Below, in pieces: positions 8,163-14,377 of a DNA stretch of 14,377 nt (position 1 is the stretch's first letter; each line of letters opens with the position of its first letter). The notes under the pieces are model-generated. The model worked only from the letters and a program-made list of their open reading frames with translations. It searched no databases and had not been told where the DNA came from. Origin of the DNA: an uncultured Candidatus Cloacimonadota bacterium (lineage in GTDB: Bacteria; Cloacimonadota; Cloacimonadia; Cloacimonadales; TCS61). Where the stretch lies: contig CAZFPK010000074.1 of the NCBI GenBank assembly GCA_964521025.1, positions 1 to 14,377 on the forward strand. The letters are read 5' to 3'. A program made the translations under genes and the position numbers.

Positions 8163-8251
8163 AACTCTTTCAGAGTTGCATCATTCGTTAAATCACATTC
8201 CACAAGATTTTCTTGTCGTAATTAACATTTAACTCTTTCAGAGTTTTTTTT
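8163..8251 (+). repeat. Two copies of a perfect 15-bp palindrome AACTCTTTCAGAGTT, 68 bp apart; the second is followed by T8
   Basis: 8163-8177 and 8231-8245, each a 6-3-6 inverted repeat (AACTCT ttc AGAGTT). The second is followed by TTTTTTTT (to about 8251), giving a weak AT-rich terminator-like hairpin on the plus strand, or a dimeric protein-binding site. Confidence 0.3.
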
Positions 8252-8458
8252 ATGATTTAATATTATCATAATGACCTTGAATTAATGATTAAAAATCTTA
8301 ATAAGATCATTAAAACGATTACCTACACATTTTGAAAGAGAACTAAAAATTCTCTCCCCTAAAATTCGGAAAGTTTAATGAATGATTAAATCACCGTCGA
8401 ATAACCTTCCGAATCAAAAAAAATTAGAAAAATTGAAAGAAGGCTTCTGAAGGGAAAA

Positions 8459-9793
8459 TTATGCTGATATTTTCTTCTTCTGACTGTAAAGCATAAACAG
8501 CGTAACCATCGTCGCCAAAACATCAGAAACCGGAAATGCATACCAGATACCATCGAGATGAAAAAACCGGGGAAGTATTAAGATCAAGGGAATGAAGAAA
8601 AGAATTTGTCTCGACAAAGAAAGGAACAAAGCAGGAATCGCTTTTCCGAAAGCTTGAAAAACCGTTGCTCCAATAATCTGGAAACCCACGACCGGAAAAG
8701 CAAGAATGAATAATTTCATGGAATGAACACCTTGCCGGATAAGTATTTTTTCTTTTGTAAAGATCATCATCAAGGTTTCGGGAATCGCGAGGATCAATAA
8801 AAATCCTAAAGTTGAGATCGAAACTCCGCTGATCAATGCTAATTTAATTGCTTTCCAGGCTTTTTGATATTTCTTTGCTCCGTAATTAAAACCGGCAATC
8901 GGTTGTAATCCTTGAGCAATTCCGAAAATCGGCATAATGATGAACCTGATCAATTTGCTGACAACTCCAAAAACAGCGATGGAAACATCTCCCCCATACG
9001 CTCCGAGAGAATTATTCAAGACGATGATCAGAAGACTTTGTGCTGATTGCCTGGCAAAGGATGAGGTTCCAATAGCGAAAACCTCTTTTAAGATCGGGAA
9101 ATTTAATTTTAGATTAATTAACTTAAATCTCAGTACACTTTTACCGGAACGGAAATAGAAAATTATATAAATTACACTGATAAATTGAGATAAAACTGTT
9201 GCTATCGCTGCTCCTCGAATTCCCATTTTAAAACCGAAAATAAAGACCGGATCAAGGATGATATTCAATACTGCGGCAATGATCATTGTTCCCATGGCAA
9301 CTTTGGCTTTACCTTCCGAGCGGATGATGTTGTTGCTGGTCATGAGAAAAGTGAACAATATTGTGCCATAAAGAATTATCTGCATATATTCCCTGGCATA
9401 AGGAAGGATTGTTTCCGTAGCACCAAAAAGTATTAGAATATTATCGATAAAAAATGATCCGAAAATTGCGAGAGTGATCCCGAAAATAACAACTGAAAAA
9501 ATGACATTACCCAGAGTTGTTTCTGCTTTCTCGATATTTCCCGCTCCCAGACTGCGCGAGATCAAAGAAGCCCCGCCAATACCGAGTGTTTGACCGATCG
9601 CCATCACGAACATCTGGAAAGGAAAAACAATCGAAATCCCGGCTATTCCCAAGCTGCCGACAGCATGACCGATAAAAATCGTATCGATAACATTGTATAA
9701 TGCCATCACGAACATTCCAAGTGTGGCAGGTGCGGAAAGTTTGAATAGTAATTTTCCAATATTATCGTCAGCGAGGATGTGTTTATTTTTCAT
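8459..9793 (-). CDS. MATE family multidrug/toxic-compound efflux transporter
   Basis: 444 aa, 12 predicted TM segments. N-terminal signature LLFKLSAPATLGMFVMALYNVIDTIFIGHAVGSLGIAGISIVFP and internal repeat (second half ...IGTSSFARQSAQSLLIIVLNNSLG...) typical of the NorM/DinF-like MATE fold. Confidence 0.9.
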   Translation of the reverse strand: MKNKHILADDNIGKLLFKLSAPATLGMFVMALYNVIDTIFIGHAVGSLGIAGISIVFPFQMFVMAIGQTLGIGGASLISRSLGAGNIEKAETTLGNVIFSVVIFGITLAIFGSFFIDNILILFGATETILPYAREYMQIILYGTILFTFLMTSNNIIRSEGKAKVAMGTMIIAAVLNIILDPVFIFGFKMGIRGAAIATVLSQFISVIYIIFYFRSGKSVLRFKLINLKLNFPILKEVFAIGTSSFARQSAQSLLIIVLNNSLGAYGGDVSIAVFGVVSKLIRFIIMPIFGIAQGLQPIAGFNYGAKKYQKAWKAIKLALISGVSISTLGFLLILAIPETLMMIFTKEKILIRQGVHSMKLFILAFPVVGFQIIGATVFQAFGKAIPALFLSLSRQILFFIPLILILPRFFHLDGIWYAFPVSDVLATMVTLFMLYSQKKKISA

Positions 9794-9826
9794 TTTTATA
9801 TTCAGATAGAAGCCCAGCTTTTCTCG

Positions 9827-9928
9827 TTCCTACGCTCCTGCGTAGGAATGTTATTTTTGTCTGCTCTGCGGTTATTTTGATACGACCCAGAGCATTAAGT
9901 ACTGTTTTCCAACGCAGGAGCATTGGAA
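9827..9928. promoter_or_regulatory. Pair of near-identical GC-rich 22-bp palindromes (operator-like) in the MATE gene upstream region
   Basis: TTCCTACGC-tcct-GCGTAGGAA at 9827-9848 (perfect 9-bp arms, 34-55 bp upstream of the MATE start codon). TTCCAACGCAGGAGCATTGGAA at 9907-9928 is its imperfect reverse complement (19/22). A third hairpin CCACAAC-tgaa-GTTGTGG lies at 9978-9995. Confidence 0.35.
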
Positions 9929-10003
9929 CTAGCAAAAAACATTGAAATGGTTAATATTCAATTCCGGATAAAATTTCCCACAACTGAAGTTGTGGATTTC
10001 TCT

Positions 10004-10039
10004 AACCAAAAAAACTCCCACTCAACAAGCAGGAGTTTT
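10004..10039 (-). terminator. Putative intrinsic terminator of pckA
   Basis: Minus strand reads AAAACTCC-(13 nt loop)-GGAGTTTT followed by TTTGG (plus coords: stem 10011-10018 / 10032-10039, A-run 10004-10012). It sits 25-60 nt downstream of the pckA stop at 10065. Confidence 0.5.
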
Positions 10040-10064
10040 ACATTTTTTCATAATATTTATCGGT

Positions 10065-11726
10065 TTATTTTCCCGGGCATTGTCTGATAACTTCCTGATC
10101 GATATTTTTATTACCGTAGGCTTTATCAAAATATGCACTGAAATCACTCGCTAATTTTTTTGCTCTTTCTTCGAATGCTGCTTTGTCTTCCCAAGTATTT
10201 TTCGGTTCTAAAATATCAGCCGGAACACCGGGACACGATTTTGGGACAAAAATGTGAAAAGTTTTGTTCTCATAATACTCGACATTTTTAAGATCACCAT
10301 TCAGCGCCGCACTGACCAGTTTTCGCGTAAGATTGATATCCATTCTCTCTCCGATTCCAAAAGGACCTCCGCTCCAACCGGTATTTACAAGATAAACCTG
10401 AGTCCCGTGTTTTTTCATTCTTTCCCCGAGCATGGAAGCATAAACATCGGGATTCCTGGGCATAAAAGGTTGTCCGAAAAATCTTGAGAAAGTCGAGACA
10501 GGATCCGTAATTCCTGTTTCAGTTCCGGCAAGTTTGCTGGTGTAACCCATCAAGAACCAGAGCATTGCCTGTTCCGGATCGAGTTTGGAAACCGGCGGCA
10601 GGACTCCGTTAGCATCGGCGGTCAGGAACAAAATCGTTTTCGGGTGTTTCGAGGTGGAAGAAGGTTTGATGTTGGTCAAGAAAGTTAAGGGATATGATCC
10701 TCTGGAGTTCGGAGTTAATCTTTCATCATCGACATTATATTTACCATTCGGGAACATCATGCAATTCTCGATAATTGCTCCATGATCCAAATAATCATCA
10801 CCATGAAAAACCGCATTAAAGATCTCCGGTTCTTTATCGATCCTCAGGTTGATCAATTTTGCATAACATCCGTTCTCAAAATTTGCAATCCCGTTATCAC
10901 TCCAACCATGTTCGTCATCTCCGAGCAAAGCTCTATCCGGATCCGCTGAAAGGGTCGTTTTTCCTGTTCCTGAAAGTCCCAGCAGCATGGCGGATTCACT
11001 GTCCGATCCTTCGTTTGCAGAACAATGTAAAGGGAGAATTCCTGCAGACGGTAAATAGTAATTCATTACGGTAAATAGAGTTTTCTTAACGCTTCCGCAA
11101 TAAGCAGAACCAAAAACGATCCCAAGCCTTCTCTCAAAATCCATGCCCACGATCATATTGGAAGTCTGTCCGTCGGGAAGAACCCGCAGACGACCTTTAT
11201 ATTTTTCCCGGTCGAGTTTATCATAAGGTAAGGCGATCACAGTAAATTCCTTAGCAGAAAAAATACTGTTTTGAATCTGAGCGGGTACAGGTCTGAACAT
11301 ATTGTCCGTAAACAGGACTGTTAATGCTCTGTCTGAAATTGTTTTCGTGGGAAGAGCATAAGAAGTATCTGCACCGAGAACTCGATCCGTAATATATAGT
11401 TTATCTTTTCCCTTCATAGTTTTCAGAGCATCCTCGATCACCATGTCGAAAGTTTCAGGATCGACAGGAATATTATTGGGAGAGTCCCAATCGATCTCGT
11501 TTTCATTTTCCGGTCTTTTCACGATCAAGGTATCCTTCGGACTTCTTCCTGTTGATTCGACCGGAGTCCAGGTATCGAGAGCTCCGTTTGCCGAGACAAT
11601 TGCTTCCCGGTTGTTGACAGCATGTTCGATCATCTCTTTCCTGGAAATATTATCCAGAATATGTGCATGATCTTTCAAAATCTGTGACAATTCGTCTTTA
11701 AACTTCATATTTAGACATTCACACAT
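10065..11726 (-). CDS. pckA: Phosphoenolpyruvate carboxykinase (ATP)
   Basis: 553 aa. Diagnostic ATP-PEPCK motifs: kinase-1a GLSGTGKTTLS, LLGDDEHGW, FENGCYAK, NTGWSGG. SD AGGAGGA is 4 nt before the ATG at 11726; the alternative ATG 18 nt downstream (MKFKDEL...) cannot be excluded. Confidence 0.95.
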   Translation of the reverse strand: MCECLNMKFKDELSQILKDHAHILDNISRKEMIEHAVNNREAIVSANGALDTWTPVESTGRSPKDTLIVKRPENENEIDWDSPNNIPVDPETFDMVIEDALKTMKGKDKLYITDRVLGADTSYALPTKTISDRALTVLFTDNMFRPVPAQIQNSIFSAKEFTVIALPYDKLDREKYKGRLRVLPDGQTSNMIVGMDFERRLGIVFGSAYCGSVKKTLFTVMNYYLPSAGILPLHCSANEGSDSESAMLLGLSGTGKTTLSADPDRALLGDDEHGWSDNGIANFENGCYAKLINLRIDKEPEIFNAVFHGDDYLDHGAIIENCMMFPNGKYNVDDERLTPNSRGSYPLTFLTNIKPSSTSKHPKTILFLTADANGVLPPVSKLDPEQAMLWFLMGYTSKLAGTETGITDPVSTFSRFFGQPFMPRNPDVYASMLGERMKKHGTQVYLVNTGWSGGPFGIGERMDINLTRKLVSAALNGDLKNVEYYENKTFHIFVPKSCPGVPADILEPKNTWEDKAAFEERAKKLASDFSAYFDKAYGNKNIDQEVIRQCPGK

Positions 11727-11810
11727 CTTTCCTCCTGAAATATGATTTTTTTATTAAATAATTATTTCTTTTTTTGACTGTGAATCAATACACATAAAAT
11801 GAATTGTTAT

Positions 11811-11841
11811 AAAACAAAAAAAACAGCCCGATGACTGTTTT
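11811..11841 (-). terminator. Putative intrinsic terminator after rpmA
   Basis: Minus strand: AAAACAG-tcatcggg-CTGTTTTTTTTGTTTT (plus coords: hairpin 11824-11837, A-run 11811-11823). The stem is short and GC-poor, so this is weak-moderate. Confidence 0.45.
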
Positions 11842-11863
11842 ATTAAACTCAATGTCGTAGTAA

Positions 11864-12124
11864 TTAAGCCCTTCCGGCGTAAACACTAACGAACTTCCTT
11901 CCTGCTTTTTTAGTTTCATATTTGACAAATCCATCGATCAGGCTGAAAAGCGTATAGTCTTTTCCCAAACCAACATTCAGACCATTATGAATTCTGGTTC
12001 CTTTTTGGCGGACCAGGATATTTCCGGCGAGAACTTTCTGACCGCCATATTTCTTTACACCTAAATATTGGGGATTGCTGTCTCTTCCGTTCTTGCTGCT
12101 GCCTACTCCTTTTTTGTGTGCCAT
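11864..12124 (-). CDS. rpmA: 50S ribosomal protein L27
   Basis: 86 aa. [29 protein letters not shown]...[29 protein letters not shown] matches the universally conserved L27 sequence. No N-terminal propeptide extension. SD GGAG upstream. Confidence 0.95.
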   Translation of the reverse strand: MAHKKGVGSSKNGRDSNPQYLGVKKYGGQKVLAGNILVRQKGTRIHNGLNVGLGKDYTLFSLIDGFVKYETKKAGRKFVSVYAGRA

Positions 12125-12145
12125 TTTTTACTCCAAAAAAAAAAT

Positions 12146-12460
12146 CTAATTTATGATATCTTTTATTTTGATTTCCGTGTAATTCTGCCTGTGTCCCTGT
12201 TTTTTTTCATACCCTTTTCTGCGTTTCTTCTTAAAGACAATGATTTTTTTATCCTTTTTATGAGCGATAACTTCTGCGATCACTTTTGATTTTGCGATCA
12301 CGGGTTGACCGATAATAGCATTTTTTTCATTTTTCAGGAACAGAACCCGGTCGAGTTCGATTTCAGTTCCGATATCTTTATCATTCAGAAAAGGAACTTT
12401 CAGAGTCTGATCTTTTTCTACTCTGAATTGAGTTCCTTTAAAGTCAACTACTGCATACAT
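12146..12460 (-). CDS. rplU: 50S ribosomal protein L21
   Basis: 104 aa. [25 protein letters not shown]...[50 protein letters not shown] is canonical L21. Strong SD AAGGAGAGG upstream. 21-bp gap to rpmA. Confidence 0.95.
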   Translation of the reverse strand: MYAVVDFKGTQFRVEKDQTLKVPFLNDKDIGTEIELDRVLFLKNEKNAIIGQPVIAKSKVIAEVIAHKKDKKIIVFKKKRRKGYEKKQGHRQNYTEIKIKDIIN

Positions 12461-12475
12461 TTTCCTCTCCTTAAT

Positions 12476-12504
12476 TTCATATCCTGTAAATTATTGGAAA
12501 TCAA
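12476..12504 (-). promoter_or_regulatory. Possible sigma70-like promoter for rplU-rpmA
   Basis: Minus strand TTGATT-(17 nt)-TATGAA in the 66-bp rng-rplU spacer, about 15 nt upstream of the rplU SD. Match to consensus is only 4/6 + 4/6, and read-through from rng is equally possible. Confidence 0.25.
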
Positions 12505-12526
12505 AATTTTGAATACAATTACTGTG

Positions 12527-14020
12527 TCAAGTATTATATTTTGAAGTAAGTTCCTTGTTGTCTTTAAGAGAAATTACTCGAAATTTATCAAAGCCGATTT
12601 TACCATCTGAAACAATTTCAATTTTATTTGCGAAATGCTGCAGAAAGTCGGAATTGTCTTCAAAAAAAGTTTTTACATTTTTATGAACAATGATTTTCAA
12701 AGGAATATCTTTCAAGAAATATTCAGCTCGCTTTAACCAGCGAGAAATCCTGACCGCAACAGAATCTTTTGATAAAAGGCGACCGCTTCCATTACAATAA
12801 GGACATTGTTCGGAATAAGTCAGGAGTAAACTTGGTCTTGTTCTTTTTCTCGATATCTCAATCAGCCCTAATGAGCTGAATGGAAATACTCTATTTTTTG
12901 CACGATCTCGTTTCAGGGAATTTTTCAGCAATTGAAAAACATCTTCTTTATTAGATTCGTTTTTCATGTCGATGAAATCTGCGACCATAATGCCGCTTAA
13001 ATCTCTCAACCTGATCTGTCTTGCTATTTCATAAGCTGCTTCGATATTGGTTTTTTTGATCGTATCTTCGTAATGGTTTATACCCGTAAATCTCCCTGTA
13101 TTGACATCGATTGCGACTAAAGCTTCGGTTTGTTGAATAGTTATATTACCTCCACTCGGTAAATCGATCTTGGAATAAAATATTTCTTCTATATCACTTT
13201 CAATACCATAAGCATCGAAAATGGGAGAGTCCTCGTCATAAAGTTCGATGCGTTTGACAAGTTCGGGAGAAACATCACGCAATCTGGAGACAATGGAATT
13301 TCGTAAAGATTTATCGTCGACGATAAGTCTATCTATCTTTGAACTGAATAAATCTCGAACTAGAGTATATGACAGGTCATTCTCATCGAAAAGGCAAACA
13401 GGTGCTTGTGCAAATTCCAGTTGTTTCTTGATTAATTTCCAGGTTTTATTAAGACCATTCAATTCCTGGATAAAATCTTCTTCTGAAATCCCATCGGCTT
13501 CTGTGCGGACAATTACTCCCGAATTTATAGGTTTTACCGACTCAAGTATTGATTTGATTCTTTTTTTTTCTGAACTTGATGTTATTTTACGCGAGATGGC
13601 TATTTTATTATTCTTTGGGATAAAAACTAGAAATTTACCTGGAAGCGACAATTTACAGGTCAATCTTGCACCTTTTTTCCCTAAAGGTTCTTTTTTTACC
13701 TGAACGGTGATTTCTGCACCCGATGCTAATATTTCATCGATTTTTGCAGAATTATTATTAAAGAAAATTTTTTTCTGTTTTGCGGAGAGAAAATTAGGAT
13801 CAAGATCTTTATAATGCAGAAATGCTGTCCTATCCAAGCCAATATCAACGAATGCCGCTCCCATCCCCGGAAGAACATTTTTGATTACACCTTTATAAAT
13901 ATTCCCCATAACCAGTTTTTGTTCTTTTTTTTCTGTGAACAACTCTACTAATTTTGTGTCCTCCAAAATAGCAATTCGCTTTTCAAAGGAATGAACATTA
14001 ACGATTATTTCATTATACAT
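12527..14020 (-). CDS. rng: Ribonuclease G / RNase E-family endoribonuclease
   Basis: 497 aa. N-terminal S1 domain (MGNIYKGVIKNVLPGMGAAFVDIG.DRTAFLH), DNase-I-like catalytic region (ALVAIDVNTGRFTG, SGIMVADFIDM) and Zn-link CPYCNGSGRL. The size fits RNase G rather than full-length RNase E. SD GGAGA is 10 nt upstream. Confidence 0.9.
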   Translation of the reverse strand: MYNEIIVNVHSFEKRIAILEDTKLVELFTEKKEQKLVMGNIYKGVIKNVLPGMGAAFVDIGLDRTAFLHYKDLDPNFLSAKQKKIFFNNNSAKIDEILASGAEITVQVKKEPLGKKGARLTCKLSLPGKFLVFIPKNNKIAISRKITSSSEKKRIKSILESVKPINSGVIVRTEADGISEEDFIQELNGLNKTWKLIKKQLEFAQAPVCLFDENDLSYTLVRDLFSSKIDRLIVDDKSLRNSIVSRLRDVSPELVKRIELYDEDSPIFDAYGIESDIEEIFYSKIDLPSGGNITIQQTEALVAIDVNTGRFTGINHYEDTIKKTNIEAAYEIARQIRLRDLSGIMVADFIDMKNESNKEDVFQLLKNSLKRDRAKNRVFPFSSLGLIEISRKRTRPSLLLTYSEQCPYCNGSGRLLSKDSVAVRISRWLKRAEYFLKDIPLKIIVHKNVKTFFEDNSDFLQHFANKIEIVSDGKIGFDKFRVISLKDNKELTSKYNT

Positions 14021-14131
14021 TGATTTACAATCTCCAGATTTAAGAAGATTTAGGCAATTTTATAGTCAAGTATTTTCTTTTTACTTTTACTTGACATGAT
14101 AATAATTGTAAAAAACATGTTCCAAATTTTG

Positions 14132-14205
<74 letters not shown>

Positions 14206-14377
14206 ATCTTTTTTTGTGAGTTCAGGATCATCATTGAAGTCGGGCTTATATCCGGCAAATGCCGGACGAAGGTTCAAATCCTTCCCTCGCTATCTTTTTT
14301 TGTGAGTTCAGGATCATCATTGAAGTCGGGCTCATATCCGGCAAATGCCGGACGAAGGTTCAAATCCTTCCCTCGCT
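14206..14377 (+). repeat. Tandem 86-bp repeat (at least 2 copies, truncated by window end), each copy reiterating tRNA-fMet 3' flank plus 3'-half fragments
   Basis: Unit = TCTTTTTTTGTGAGTT (the tRNA 3' flank) + CAGGATCATCATTGAAG + TCGGGCT[T/C]ATA (tRNA anticodon-arm 5' side + loop) + TCCGGCAAATGCCGGA (a new perfect hairpin replacing the anticodon-stem 3' side and variable loop) + CGAAGGTTCAAATCCTTCCCTCGCTA (the tRNA T arm + acceptor 3' strand, 26/26 identical). Copies at 14206-14291 and 14292-window end differ at one position. Confidence 0.8.

Noticed and set aside
8366-8414. 8-bp stem (ATTCGGAA/TTCCGAAT) with 32-nt loop just downstream of the MATE stop
   Set aside because: On the minus strand the T-run precedes rather than follows the stem, and on the plus strand it is followed by an A-run, so it is not a convincing intrinsic terminator in either orientation.
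8937-9158. ORF 8937-9158(+) inside the MATE gene
   Set aside because: It is antisense to a 12-TM transporter CDS, and no signal supports it.
10254-11670. Plus-strand ORFs 10254-10487, 10585-10785, 10859-11074, 11443-11670 inside pckA
   Set aside because: They are antisense to a highly conserved enzyme gene.
12068-12544. Plus-strand ORFs 12068-12289 and 12305-12544 across rpmA/rplU
   Set aside because: They are antisense to ribosomal protein genes, with F/I-rich junk translations.
13248-13703. 151-aa plus-strand ORF inside rng
   Set aside because: It is antisense to the conserved RNase G catalytic region and has no RBS.
14091-14131. TTGACA hexamer at 14091-14096 upstream of tRNA-fMet as a sigma70 promoter
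   Set aside because: No acceptable -10 hexamer sits at 16-18 bp spacing (the candidates read AACATG/AAACAT). A TGaTAATAA extended -10-like sequence overlaps instead, so promoter geometry is ambiguous. Not called.
14206-14377. Possibility that the tandem repeats are a CRISPR array or additional intact tRNA genes
   Set aside because: The units are 86 bp with no short unique spacers and contain tRNA-derived sequence, so they are not CRISPR-like. No 5' acceptor strand complementary to CCTCGCT exists in any unit, so a cloverleaf cannot form.

Overview
AT-rich (about 35% GC) chromosomal segment. All 13 protein genes lie on the minus strand, and a tRNA-fMet plus a tRNA-derived tandem repeat lie on the plus strand at the 3' edge. 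Left to right the recognisable content is: a PDZ/radical-SAM/DUF512-type protein; a small secreted protein with a type IX secretion (T9SS) C-terminal sorting domain; a translationally coupled SPFH(band-7)-TPR pair; a two-gene cassette of unknown function (Fn3-domain putative lipoprotein plus a large, very acidic signal-peptide protein with beta-barrel-like C-terminus); a roughly 1 kb non-coding gap carrying a MITE-like element with a GC-rich structured core; a MATE efflux transporter preceded by two GC-rich operator-like palindromes; pckA (ATP-dependent PEP carboxykinase); and rng-rplU-rpmA. A T9SS cargo tail together with strong GGAGG-type Shine-Dalgarno sequences suggests a non-Bacteroidia member of the FCB superphylum (for example Cloacimonadota-like), but that is inference. 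No CRISPR array, rRNA, or recognisable defence or toxin system was seen. The most unusual signals are the tRNA-fragment tandem repeat at the window edge, the MITE with TIR and TSD, the palindrome pair ahead of the MATE gene, and the uncharacterised Fn3/acidic-protein cassette.
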